IMG/VR virus record: IMGVR_UViG_3300002220_006617
Coordinates: 63,666 to 127,665 of that record
From: a virus
Lineage: Duplodnaviria > Caudoviricetes
Strand: one strand, 5' to 3'
Length of the DNA: 64,000 nucleotides
Shown here: one piece after another, positions 18,266 to 27,825 of the stretch
Position numbering within the stretch: the stretch's first letter is position 1
Layout: the number at the start of each line of letters is the position of its first letter
Translations under genes and position numbers: made by a program
Notes under the pieces: model-generated
Database searches by the model: none
What the model saw: the letters and a program-made list of their open reading frames with translations, nothing else
Told to the model about the DNA's origin: nothing

Positions 18266-18448
18266 ATGGAAGCAGAAAGCTACTTGGTTGAATATGGCGG
18301 GGCTCCCCGCTGTGTGATTGATGAACTCGCTTGCTATGAGACCGAAGTGTTCTACGAGGGGACTTACGTCCCCGGGATGAAGTCGGTTCGGCTCGAACTC
18401 GACGTCCTGAGTGGACTGGTGGGGATAGTGGTGGAGGAGGTCTGTTGA
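18266..18448 (+). CDS. Small acidic protein after motif copy 7
   Basis: MEAESYLVEY...EEVC; motif at 18242-18255. Confidence 0.6.
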   Translation: MEAESYLVEYGGAPRCVIDELACYETEVFYEGTYVPGMKSVRLELDVLSGLVGIVVEEVC

Positions 18449-18593
18449 CCTCCCTATCCTTCCTGATCAGCCCGATTTCCATCGCTGTACTCTTGGTCCT
18501 AGATCTTTAACCAATTAGGCTTGCACGTTTCCCCGGTTCACCAAAGTTGCAGGTGACATTCCCTAAAATACAGTCCCGGAAAAATTTTAGGCC

Positions 18594-19025
18594 ATGGAGT
18601 TGACCTGCGAAGGCCGGTGCAGGGCCGGAGAATGCATGCCGGGGGCCTGCTGCAAGATGAACCCATTCCACAAGGATTTCTGGGATCGCATGAAAGCACG
18701 GGCTTTACGGACGCCCATAGAGGTCAAACCCCTCCCTGACGACCAGGTCCTTGTCATTACGGGAAACCGATACTGCTGTTTCCTGACCGCGGGGAAACGA
18801 TGCGTCATCTGGGACGACAGGCCGACGGTCTGCAGGGTCTGGGGCCCGCATGACGCAGGACCGTGCAGGTATCCGGATGATAAGAAAGGGCCGGTCAAGG
18901 AACGGAACGCCATGATCAGCGGATACATCCGGGCAGATTCACTCGGACAATTCACCAATCGGACGACGATACGGGCAAAGGAGAATCCCCGGGAGACCGG
19001 CCCAGAAGACGGTTCGCGCAAATAG
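18594..19025 (+). CDS. YkgJ-family cysteine-cluster (Zn/Fe-chelating) protein
   Basis: C...C....C..GACC and CCFL....CVIWDDRPTVCRVW. Confidence 0.75.
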   Translation: MELTCEGRCRAGECMPGACCKMNPFHKDFWDRMKARALRTPIEVKPLPDDQVLVITGNRYCCFLTAGKRCVIWDDRPTVCRVWGPHDAGPCRYPDDKKGPVKERNAMISGYIRADSLGQFTNRTTIRAKENPRETGPEDGSRK

Positions 19026-19206
19026 TGCAATAGAACTCGCGTTTGCCATCCACTTCAAGCATATGTGCCTCCCGGTATCGGATCCTGCAGGATTTACATT
19101 CGGTATCGAGAACACGGACGGCGATAATACGGGCGGTCATGATCAGTCTATCATCCAGAACTAAAATAAACGTTCCGGAATCCGACCGTCCCAAAAATTT
19201 TCGCAT
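18952..19206 (-). CDS. Zinc-ribbon hypothetical protein
   Basis: CKSC...CTIC; abuts the stop of the upstream minus-strand gene. Confidence 0.5.
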   Translation of the reverse strand: MRKFLGRSDSGTFILVLDDRLIMTARIIAVRVLDTECKSCRIRYREAHMLEVDGKREFYCTICANRLLGRSPGDSPLPVSSSDW

Positions 19207-19563
19207 TTATTCCTTTTCCGTGAATACTCCAGGGTTCTTCCCCTTCTTATCAGCCTGGAAATACCGGTGTGCGGGTTCTTCTCCCCACGGCCGGTTCACA
19301 AACTTCCCGGAAAACTCAGGTGCGTCCCGTCGGGCACCGTAATCCGGTTCAGCACCTTTCAGGTCAGCCGGACTTACTGATTCATCCGGCCATTCGATCA
19401 GGTCTTTCTCATCTTTCAGGTCCGGGGCTGATGCGGGAACTGACTGGTACCCCTGATATTTCTCGAGATCAACGGGATCGATATCGGTCATCACCTGGTC
19501 GGGCATCATCTCCCGGGTTATACGATCAGGTTTGAACGGCACGGCACGGTCATCATCGGACAT
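19207..19563 (-). CDS. Acidic Pro-rich hypothetical protein
   Basis: ATG at 19563 (MSDDDRAVPF...). Confidence 0.55.
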   Translation of the reverse strand: MSDDDRAVPFKPDRITREMMPDQVMTDIDPVDLEKYQGYQSVPASAPDLKDEKDLIEWPDESVSPADLKGAEPDYGARRDAPEFSGKFVNRPWGEEPAHRYFQADKKGKNPGVFTEKE

Positions 19564-19846
19564 AAACGAACTATTAGAAATTACCGAATAGTTCAACTTA
19601 TCGGATCTCATTTGCTGAAATAGTCGAACCGCCCTATAGGTTAGTAGGCAAAGGACTTCACCTGACCCCCTACATGCAAGTAAGAGTAATTTCAGGCCAA
19701 CTACCCTTTGTCTGTATCGACAGGAGACCACGCACAGCTGATGAGCACGGGGGGAGGGCAGACCTTTCATCCCCTCTCCTTCTCTTACATCCCCCCTCCA
19801 TCTGAAAATATAGTTCTACTTTTTCGGCGTTGTACCGCTTCGCGGT

Positions 19847-20026
19847 TCAGCGTTTCCGTCGATGGCCGTAGAGGACAGTACCATCCGGCATATTCCGGCG
19901 AAGATAATAGTCACGGTCAGCGATTTCCTCCAGACGGTTAATCTCCGCGGATGCTTCGTACTGAGAATCCCAGGAACTGATCCAGCAACTAAGATCGCCG
20001 GACCATATTTCATATTCCTTCATCAT
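19847..20026 (-). CDS. 59-aa hypothetical protein (MMKEYEIWSG...GHRRKR)
   Basis: Hand translation; more protein-like than the listed 19816-20013 frame. Confidence 0.4.
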   Translation of the reverse strand: MMKEYEIWSGDLSCWISSWDSQYEASAEINRLEEIADRDYYLRRNMPDGTVLYGHRRKR

Positions 20027-20077
20027 ACCTGAAAAAGTGACCTTTGTTAATATACTTTTGCCAGCAACGAACCGGGC

Positions 20078-21379
20078 ATGGTAACGAGAATTATCGACCT
20101 TAACGCCACGTCGTTACAGTCTATGACGGTTCCATCCCCTGTCAACCTCGCTACTGGAGAACTTGCAGATCTGAAATCCGCCAAGACCGGGTTATGCCGG
20201 CGTGTCCTGGCAGTTTCGGAAGGGATTCACAACGGCATTGAATTCACGACTGCAGAGATCCAGGGCATGGTGACGGATACCGAGGAACGGAAACAGGCTG
20301 ATAACGGTGAATATTATCAGGTACCGATCATTCTCGACCACTCGAACAAATTCCTTGACAAGATCGGCGGCACACTGGCCGTCCAGTTCTCAACCGACGC
20401 CAAAGCCGCGATCAGCGACATCCGGTTCTGGGAAAACACTGACATGGAAAAAGAGGTCTGTGCCAAGATCCGCGAGGATCCGACCAACGTCTTCTTCTCG
20501 GTCCGTGTGCGTGGGGAACTGGTTGAACCGTCAATGGCAGCAATGAAACTCGGGGCCTGGGCCAAGATCGTCAATATGCGATGGATGCACCTTGCCCTGG
20601 TCAACGAACCTGCCGACGAGAACGCCCGCATCCTTGAGGAACTTGCATCGACGGTCGGGAAACTGGACCTCGGAGAAACCACCATGCCAACTGAAAATCT
20701 CGGAACAGTTACTGCTCCAATACCGGCGGTAGCATCAGCACTGAACCTGACCTCAGCAACCGTCACTGACGTTACAACCGGCACGGCAACCACGAACACT
20801 GTCACCAACTTCGGCATCACTGACAACAGTGGGTATGCCCCCCCGGCCACATATGAACCGGTAATCATCACCGTACCAGGCACAGGCACAGACAAGACGT
20901 TCGATTACCGTTTGGTACCAGTGACGCCTGAAAGTGACATTCACTTAAATAAAGATATCGCAAACGAAACTCGCATGGCTTCAGATGAATCCAGCAAACA
21001 GATCGCTGATCTCACTGCTGATCTCAAGAAAGAGAAAGACGCAAACGTTGTTCTCCAGACTGAGCTCGCAGCTGCGAAGGCTCTGGCTGCAGATCTGACC
21101 GTCAAGCTCGAGAAGTCCAACAAGGACCTCGCCGAACTGGACGCAAAGATTCCGCTGGTTACAGAGATTCTGGCGATTAACGGTGCTGTCAAGAAAGAGT
21201 TCCTTTACAGCCTCACCAAGGAACAGCTCGTCGAGTTCAAGGGTGTTGTTGCACCGGCCGTCCCTGACGTGCCCGTCTCGTCCCAGAAATCTGTGGACCA
21301 GTCAGCACCCGCTACCCCGGTCGTAACCGAGAAGTCTGCCCTGCAGCTTTCCCGTGAAGCGTTCGGCAAAATTGAGTGA
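20078..21379 (+). CDS. Prohead protease with C-terminal coiled-coil scaffold
   Basis: VPIILDH, FSVR, HLALVNEPA (HK97/Mu-type protease motifs); coiled-coil C-terminus; upstream of capsid genes. Confidence 0.8.
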   Translation: MVTRIIDLNATSLQSMTVPSPVNLATGELADLKSAKTGLCRRVLAVSEGIHNGIEFTTAEIQGMVTDTEERKQADNGEYYQVPIILDHSNKFLDKIGGTLAVQFSTDAKAAISDIRFWENTDMEKEVCAKIREDPTNVFFSVRVRGELVEPSMAAMKLGAWAKIVNMRWMHLALVNEPADENARILEELASTVGKLDLGETTMPTENLGTVTAPIPAVASALNLTSATVTDVTTGTATTNTVTNFGITDNSGYAPPATYEPVIITVPGTGTDKTFDYRLVPVTPESDIHLNKDIANETRMASDESSKQIADLTADLKKEKDANVVLQTELAAAKALAADLTVKLEKSNKDLAELDAKIPLVTEILAINGAVKKEFLYSLTKEQLVEFKGVVAPAVPDVPVSSQKSVDQSAPATPVVTEKSALQLSREAFGKIE

Positions 21380-21384
21380 TCACC

Positions 21385-21816
21385 ATGGCTACACCCATTG
21401 TTCAAGATCTCAGGGTCCAGCCCCTGGCGATGAAGTTTGATGCAACAGGCATCTCTACACCGGCACGGTATGGCTTCTGGGCACAGGCAGGCGACCCCGT
21501 CTACATCTCGGCTGACATGACTGTCAAACCCTCCGGTGTCGGCGCTGTCATTGATGGTTTCCTCGAGACCTCTATCGGTGTCGAAGAGTACCCGACCATC
21601 GCAAGCATTGACTCCCGTTTCCGCGTGAACGTGATTGTCCCCGAGAACTACGTCCTTCGTGGCGTTGCCGGTGGCGTAATCGCTGTTCGCGCAGGTGTCA
21701 CCAGCGAAGCATCCAGCACGAAGGTTGTAACTGCAACACTCGCCGCTGCAGGTTCCGTCGGAAAGGTAATTTCCGGTGCAGGTGCAGAGGACGCAGCAGT
21801 CCTGTTCCTCGTTTAA
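21385..21816 (+). CDS. Head decoration/cement protein
   Basis: Lies between scaffold and MCP; AGDPVYISAD, G/A/V-rich beta sequence. Confidence 0.6.
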   Translation: MATPIVQDLRVQPLAMKFDATGISTPARYGFWAQAGDPVYISADMTVKPSGVGAVIDGFLETSIGVEEYPTIASIDSRFRVNVIVPENYVLRGVAGGVIAVRAGVTSEASSTKVVTATLAAAGSVGKVISGAGAEDAAVLFLV

Positions 21817-21834
21817 GCAGGAGTTGAATCACAG

Positions 21835-22725
21835 ATGACAAACATTGACGCAACTGACAAAGTCCCCAGCAAGGATTTCAACTATACCGACTGCCCGGCC
21901 CTTCACCCTGATGTGATCGTGGCCCGTGTCAAGGAAGTATACAACAAGGTCCTGATCGGGCGCTCGCTCATTGGTGTCGAGTCAATTCCCTCCGATTCCG
22001 TTTCCTACCTCGTGGAAGGAGATATGACCGGGGCAGTTGACTGGATCACCGAGGAAGGTGGATTCCCGAAGGTTGACTTCAACTACACCAAACGCGCGAA
22101 AGTCGTGCGGCCCTATGGTGTCCAGTTCGATATCACCATGATGGAACGCAAATGGTCCAGGATCACAACTGTCGGCCGCAAGCTGACCCGCACGATCCGG
22201 TCCATGCGCCGGTTTGAAGACGACATGATCTTCTACGATCTCATCAACAACACCGACAAGGCAACCTTTGACGGCAGCAACTGGGGCACCACAACCGGTA
22301 GCGACCCGATTGCAGATGTCGAGAAGGCAAAGCGCCTCGTCCGTGACGGCACGGAAGGTATCGAGCCGGATCTCATCATCATGAACTCCCAGATGTTCGA
22401 GAACCTCACGAAGTTCGACATGATCCGGAACCAGCTCTACAACAACACCATGTATGTGCAGACTGGCAAGATCGGCAAACTCTGCGGTCTTGACGTCGTG
22501 GTCAACAACCAGATCGACCCGACCGGCACCAACTACCGGGCACTCGTCATGAAGAAAGGCGAAGCCGGTTACATGGCCGAGGCAATCCCGATGACCAACC
22601 CGAGCATCGACGGTCTCAGTCTGAGCAACCCGCTCCTCGACCGCAGGTACTTCCTCTACGCGATGGCAGAGCCTGTAATCGACAACGGCGAAACAATGTG
22701 CCTGATCACCGGCCTCAACGCCTGA
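21835..22725 (+). CDS. Major capsid protein (HK97 fold)
   Basis: WITEEGGFP, DPIADVEKAK, PDLIIMN, IGKLCGLDVVV; strong SD GGAG; biased codons. Confidence 0.88.
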   Translation: MTNIDATDKVPSKDFNYTDCPALHPDVIVARVKEVYNKVLIGRSLIGVESIPSDSVSYLVEGDMTGAVDWITEEGGFPKVDFNYTKRAKVVRPYGVQFDITMMERKWSRITTVGRKLTRTIRSMRRFEDDMIFYDLINNTDKATFDGSNWGTTTGSDPIADVEKAKRLVRDGTEGIEPDLIIMNSQMFENLTKFDMIRNQLYNNTMYVQTGKIGKLCGLDVVVNNQIDPTGTNYRALVMKKGEAGYMAEAIPMTNPSIDGLSLSNPLLDRRYFLYAMAEPVIDNGETMCLITGLNA

Positions 22726-22772
22726 TCAGCCCATTAATCTCATAACCCCACAATTTTTTGGAGCACTTCAAT

Positions 22773-23096
22773 ATGGTTAAACTTACCGTTACAGGTGGAA
22801 CAGTCCTTTACAAAGGAGCAATCTACCGCAAGAACAACTCGTTTGAGATCGATATCGACACTGAACTCACCCCTTGTCTTCGCATGGCAATCGGCTGCGG
22901 CCAGATCATGGCGGCAAAACAGATCGCCGGCGTTCCCACAACCCCGGCAGACGTCCCGAAATCCCGCGAGAATGTTGAGGCCGACAAGAAAGTTCAGGAT
23001 GACGACGAGACGAACGGCGACCTTCCCACAGAGTCGACCGATGAGGAAATCCAGGTATTCAAACCCGGCCGCGGCGGAAAACGCGGTAAAAAGTAA
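22773..23096 (+). CDS. Capsid-associated hypothetical protein with basic tail
   Basis: Follows MCP; ends GRGGKRGKK. Confidence 0.6.
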   Translation: MVKLTVTGGTVLYKGAIYRKNNSFEIDIDTELTPCLRMAIGCGQIMAAKQIAGVPTTPADVPKSRENVEADKKVQDDDETNGDLPTESTDEEIQVFKPGRGGKRGKK

Positions 23097-23153
23097 ATAA
23101 CTCCTTTTTTCGGCTCATTTGCTCAAATACTAACGTATCTTAAATAATGTGTA

Positions 23154-23423
23154 ATGAATACACAGACGACTAATGGCCATGAATCAGACTACAAACCTGA
23201 CGCATGGAAAGAATTCGATTCAACCGACCTCGAAACCTGGGTCTGTCTCCTGATAAAACGGGCCGGGCTCCGTGCCAACCCTGAGAAAGCCAAAAAGGAT
23301 CTGCAGGACGCCAAGAACTATTTCCAGTTCTATAAACAGGCAATTGCCGAGGACGTCGGCGACATGGAAACCGAACTGCAGGAGATCACCAAACAACTCG
23401 GGTTCGACTACACGACACTCTGA
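23154..23423 (+). CDS. Hypothetical protein
   Basis: Own AT-rich promoter-like region. Confidence 0.6.
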   Translation: MNTQTTNGHESDYKPDAWKEFDSTDLETWVCLLIKRAGLRANPEKAKKDLQDAKNYFQFYKQAIAEDVGDMETELQEITKQLGFDYTTL

Positions 23424-23428
23424 TCATC

Positions 23429-23881
23429 ATGACTGTCACCGTAGAAGACCTACAGGAATTCCTCCAGGACGAGGTATCACTGACATTCACTGACTCCAAG
23501 TTGCAGAAAGCACTGGTACAGGCCAAAGATTACCTTATCAAACGAGGAATTACCGCATCCGGACCTACCGGTGACCGCATCACAACACTCCAGGCAGCAC
23601 TTTTCGTTACAACCGGCCAGATGTATGCCGTCTCCGGCGAATCCGCCGGGACTTCCGGAACTACCGGCACCGTTATTGAAGGTGGACAAATCACTGAGAT
23701 ACGCGATGGCGACGCCGTCATCAAGTATTCAGCAACCTCGGTTCAGGGAGCCACATCCGGCACTGCCGGAAGCGCCGGGACCATTGACAAAACATTCCGG
23801 ATTTACTGGCAACACCAGCTGGACGAACTGGTCCTGCTCTCGGACGACTGTGCCGAAACCTACAGTGACGGGGACCCGTAA
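23429..23881 (+). CDS. Head-tail adaptor/connector
   Basis: Synteny; TVEDLQEFL...ITEIRDGDAVIKY pattern typical of adaptors. Confidence 0.65.
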   Translation: MTVTVEDLQEFLQDEVSLTFTDSKLQKALVQAKDYLIKRGITASGPTGDRITTLQAALFVTTGQMYAVSGESAGTSGTTGTVIEGGQITEIRDGDAVIKYSATSVQGATSGTAGSAGTIDKTFRIYWQHQLDELVLLSDDCAETYSDGDP

Positions 23882-23883
23882 CC

Positions 23884-24438
23884 ATGGCAACCCCGTTTGA
23901 TGCGATGTTATACGCTCACCCCATCTCACGGATCCACGTTACGGCAGAAAGCGTCAACGAAGTTACCGGTGCCAACGTACCGGAATCAACATCTACCACC
24001 GCCATAACCGGCGTCCTGCACGATACACTCCCGGTAAAACCAATGGGAGTAAATGAAACGCAGACGCCCAAAGCGATCATTGTCGAAGGATACCAATCCA
24101 TCCATACCGGAACTCGGCTGGCATTAGGCGACCGGGTCCAGATCACGGAACGGGACGGGTCCAAGACATTATGGGAAGTGGCAACAATGCTTTCTGATTA
24201 TCCGCTCTTATCGAAAACCCTGGGAATAACCTGGTATTCGTTTTCGCTCAAGATCATCAACCCGTCCGTGCAGGACCGTGCCCCAATCGTTGTGGCCGAC
24301 ATTGTAGAAAGTGCAACATTCGATCCAATAACCAATCACTGGACCATAGTAAACGGGAAAGTCGCATTTGTCGAAGGGTCTTCGACAGCATATCATGAAC
24401 CGGACATCAGCACTCCGGCGATTGACGACTGGAACTAA
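23884..24438 (+). CDS. Head closure/stopper protein
   Basis: Synteny; LALGDRVQI...WEV beta-barrel pattern. Confidence 0.55.
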   Translation: MATPFDAMLYAHPISRIHVTAESVNEVTGANVPESTSTTAITGVLHDTLPVKPMGVNETQTPKAIIVEGYQSIHTGTRLALGDRVQITERDGSKTLWEVATMLSDYPLLSKTLGITWYSFSLKIINPSVQDRAPIVVADIVESATFDPITNHWTIVNGKVAFVEGSSTAYHEPDISTPAIDDWN

Positions 24439-24469
24439 TCACAGATGACAAAATGGGAATAGACATCGT

Positions 24470-24811
24470 ATGGACAAGGCTACCTTCATCCAGCAACTGG
24501 CAAAAGATCCCAAACCCAATGAGAACCGTCAGTCGTTCTTAACGGAATACGCATCAAAATCGTTCACGGCCGAGAAATACGACCGTGACATTTTCCTGTG
24601 TAACCAGTTTGGGATCTGCACAAACCAGTGCCAACTCCGCGGTTATTGCCCGCGGCAACGTATAAAATTCCTGATTCCTGCCGTGGTCAACGACCTGAGA
24701 AACGATACCCTCTATCCTCATGAGTACATGAACGAGTATGCGGTCCTCCGTAGCGATCATATGATTTCTGAAGAATCTACCATCGGCAACCGATGTGTCA
24801 GTGGACTATAA
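24470..24811 (+). CDS. Hypothetical Cys-containing protein
   Basis: ORF packing. Confidence 0.55.
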   Translation: MDKATFIQQLAKDPKPNENRQSFLTEYASKSFTAEKYDRDIFLCNQFGICTNQCQLRGYCPRQRIKFLIPAVVNDLRNDTLYPHEYMNEYAVLRSDHMISEESTIGNRCVSGL

Positions 24812-24812
24812 C

Positions 24813-25175
24813 ATGGAAAATTACATCCGACTCATAGGAGAAAAGGCATTTTACGTCGAACAACATGAATCGGTCGGCGATATGCTGACAACCACGATCA
24901 AGAAAAAAGAGATCGTCACCGAGATCCTCGGGAATGAACTGGATACCCTGAAACGGGCCCTCAAGAAACGGGAAGGCATGGAAACCAAAGTAGCCCACGT
25001 TCCCTGCTGGAACCCGGACTGCGATAACATGGTCATCCTTCCCAAAAGCCAGAAACGGGACTTTACGGTCCGGTTCCTGAAGAATTACGAGAAGATCATG
25101 TTACCCTTCTGCTGTAACGAATGTCGGGAAGCATTCATCCAGTGCATGAAACAAAAAGAGGTTATCATTCAATGA
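24813..25175 (+). CDS. Zinc-finger hypothetical protein
   Basis: CWNPDC...FCCNEC. Confidence 0.6.
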   Translation: MENYIRLIGEKAFYVEQHESVGDMLTTTIKKKEIVTEILGNELDTLKRALKKREGMETKVAHVPCWNPDCDNMVILPKSQKRDFTVRFLKNYEKIMLPFCCNECREAFIQCMKQKEVIIQ

Positions 25176-25771
25176 TCGAGAAGGAAAAACAGGAACTTAT
25201 TTTTGCATCGTTACCCCCGAAAAGCAGCACCCAGTTCACCTGGAGAAACAAGATCTATCAGGTCCACAAAGGATATTTCGAGGATACCGACGTTTCGCAG
25301 GAACTGGCCCTGAACGACGTAGTCATCACCATCGAACTCGGGGAAGACTGGCGATCGGAAGAGACGGCTGTCAACCACAAGATCGGCCGGAAAGTGGATG
25401 CAAACGATGCCAACTTCAACCTCCAGGCATACGGTGAGAAAGTGCTGGCCGACATCACGGTCAGGGTCTTTGTCAAACGGACCGGCGGAATGGAATCCAA
25501 GTTCCTAAAAGACAAGGTCATTGACAAACTCATTGAATGGTATCTCATGGACCTCAACACCATTCATAACATTGTCCGGCGCAGCAAAGTCAGTAAAATA
25601 CAGATATTAAAAGATGACTCTCTCCAACGAGAGGTAACCTTTACCATCTCCTATGTCCGGAAATACGTCCGGAAAGAACCCACTATCGGGACCGTCACCC
25701 TGGAAAACCAGATCCTTCACGACGGCGAGGTCATAACATCGGGCGGCATCGTTGCCTATTCCCTCGACTAA
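25172..25771 (+). CDS. Tail terminator/neck protein
   Basis: Position immediately before sheath; size and beta pattern. Confidence 0.55.
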   Translation: MIEKEKQELIFASLPPKSSTQFTWRNKIYQVHKGYFEDTDVSQELALNDVVITIELGEDWRSEETAVNHKIGRKVDANDANFNLQAYGEKVLADITVRVFVKRTGGMESKFLKDKVIDKLIEWYLMDLNTIHNIVRRSKVSKIQILKDDSLQREVTFTISYVRKYVRKEPTIGTVTLENQILHDGEVITSGGIVAYSLD

Positions 25772-25824
25772 CCCTTTTTAACAGTGACATTCATTTTTAA
25801 CGGTTTACCTCTGACCATGAGAAC

Positions 25825-27006
25825 ATGCCAAACATAGAGGACGCAATCCAAGTTACCATTTCCATGGAATCTGCGAGTTCCTCGGTCAGAGACTGGGGTA
25901 CGGCAGTGATCGTGGGTGAACCGGAGATTGCTGTCACAGACCCCGGCGTAAGTGAGGTTCGGGCGTACAAGACACAAACGGTTGTCAATTCAATTACGTA
26001 CGATCTCGCTCCTGCAAACACACCGGTCCTTTGTTACAGCGTTCTGGATGTACAGAAAGCCCTGGGGGGTTATACTGATTCCCTTGACGGAACCACCATC
26101 GGCAGTTCCGGCACACTTGCCGCCATCAACATGTTCGACCAGGGTGTCAAAGCCATCTACGTGGTTGCCTGCAAAGCAGCTCTGTCAGCCGACATGGGTG
26201 ACCCGCTGGATACCGAGTACGAGACAACGCTCCAATCCCTGATCCCGCTGGCAACTGACAAGAAGATCAGCGGTGTCATGCTCGCTCACCAGACTGCAGT
26301 TGCAAAACTCAAGAAACTCCAGACGTTCTGCGATACCAATAAGGTGATATTCACATTCACCAACACGCCAACCGTCACAACCTACGGCGATGTTTCGGAC
26401 ATTCTCACAACGTATATCAGCAGTACCCCGAACCTCAAGTCCCGCCATGGGTTCATGCTGGCCCATGCCGACAAGGACACAACTGACGATATGGCGGCTG
26501 TAGCTCTCGGCCTCATCATGAAACTCAAGCCCTGGTCAACAGCCATGTGGAAGACCGTGGTCTCCAGTGCAACCCACTACTTCACCAGTGCCTGCGTCAC
26601 CACGCTCGAGGCCAACGGGATCAATGCCCTGACCGTTATCGGTGGTGCCCAGAAAGCATCCTGCGGCCTGACCACGCTCGGCAGCCCCTACAAGTTCATC
26701 GATGTCACCCGGTCAGAATACTATGTTACCGCGGCTGTCAAAGACGCACTTGTCGCACTCCGGGCCAATTCAGATAAGATCCCCTATGACCAGTCCGGTC
26801 TCAACCAGGTACTCGGTGCCCTCATCAGCGCCATGGATTCCTGTGTCCGGGTCGGTGCAGTCGGCGAATACCGGATCTCCATCCCGGCCTTTGAACAGAC
26901 CAGCACCGTTGAACGAGAGAACCGTGTTCTCAACAACGTCATTGTTGCAGTCCGTCTTGTCGGTGATATCCACACGTTCAACCTCGGGTTAACCATCACC
27001 ATCTAA
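25825..27006 (+). CDS. Tail sheath protein (DUF3383-like)
   Basis: FIDVTR, KIPYDQSG, RENRVL, GDIH C-terminal sheath motifs. Confidence 0.88.
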   Translation: MPNIEDAIQVTISMESASSSVRDWGTAVIVGEPEIAVTDPGVSEVRAYKTQTVVNSITYDLAPANTPVLCYSVLDVQKALGGYTDSLDGTTIGSSGTLAAINMFDQGVKAIYVVACKAALSADMGDPLDTEYETTLQSLIPLATDKKISGVMLAHQTAVAKLKKLQTFCDTNKVIFTFTNTPTVTTYGDVSDILTTYISSTPNLKSRHGFMLAHADKDTTDDMAAVALGLIMKLKPWSTAMWKTVVSSATHYFTSACVTTLEANGINALTVIGGAQKASCGLTTLGSPYKFIDVTRSEYYVTAAVKDALVALRANSDKIPYDQSGLNQVLGALISAMDSCVRVGAVGEYRISIPAFEQTSTVERENRVLNNVIVAVRLVGDIHTFNLGLTITI

Positions 27007-27026
27007 ATTTTTGGAGGATACACAAC

Positions 27027-27446
27027 ATGGCAAAAGATGTTTACGAGTGGGATGCAGAACAGATCAGCATCACCCTTGACGGCCAGACCGTGGACGCATT
27101 CCAGGGCCTTGCGTACAGAAATGCGAAGAAGATCAACCATATCCGGACGATCAACAAAGGGGTGGTCGGTTACAACCGGTCCCTTGAGGAACCGTCGCTT
27201 GAAGTATCCTGTGATTCAACAGCAGCGATCCTGATCCACGCCCAGGAACTCAAAAAGAACAAGACGTACTTCAACATCTCCTACACCAGCCCGTCCATCA
27301 CGATCAACGCAACCAACTGCATTATCCGTGATATCTCGACCGGTAACATTGGGGAGACCAGCCCGTCAGTCACCATCCAGATGCTTGCACTCAAGATCGA
27401 TGAGACCATGAAGTCCAGCATCGTTGATGGAGCCAACACTCCATAA
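27027..27446 (+). CDS. Tail tube protein
   Basis: Follows sheath; YEWDAEQISITLDG start; 139 aa; GGAGG SD. Confidence 0.78.
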   Translation: MAKDVYEWDAEQISITLDGQTVDAFQGLAYRNAKKINHIRTINKGVVGYNRSLEEPSLEVSCDSTAAILIHAQELKKNKTYFNISYTSPSITINATNCIIRDISTGNIGETSPSVTIQMLALKIDETMKSSIVDGANTP

Positions 27447-27516
27447 TCTTTTTTATTGACTCTTTCAGAAAGACTCCTCATTTCAATAAATACAAGAGAA
27501 TCCCCATATTAAGTAT

Positions 27517-27825
27517 ATGGAATCTGAAAAGAAAATTTCAGGGTTTACGCCAACGCCCAGCGATGAGATCGATGGTGTCACCTACACGTACCGGAAAATC
27601 CCCGGGATCACGTTCATCAGCCTGTATGGTAACGGCTCAAAACCAACAACCGACCTGTATACCGACATGATCGAAGCCGGTCTCGAGAGTCCCTCACTGT
27701 CCCGGGAAGAGATCGTCAAGCTGGACTTCGAACTGTTCGTCTGTATCGCCCAGCGTATCATTGAAAATCATGAAGGCGTCCGAAAAAACTTGCAAGAGCG
27801 GATGGGCCTGAGCACTCGGTTCTGA
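27517..27825 (+). CDS. Tail assembly chaperone (G)
   Basis: Follows tube; slippery A AAA AAC at 27783-27789. Confidence 0.75.
   Translation: MESEKKISGFTPTPSDEIDGVTYTYRKIPGITFISLYGNGSKPTTDLYTDMIEAGLESPSLSREEIVKLDFELFVCIAQRIIENHEGVRKNLQERMGLSTRF

Noticed and set aside
19735-19810. Hammerhead ribozyme at CTGATGAG
   Set aside because: No properly placed CGAAA or convincing stems I and III
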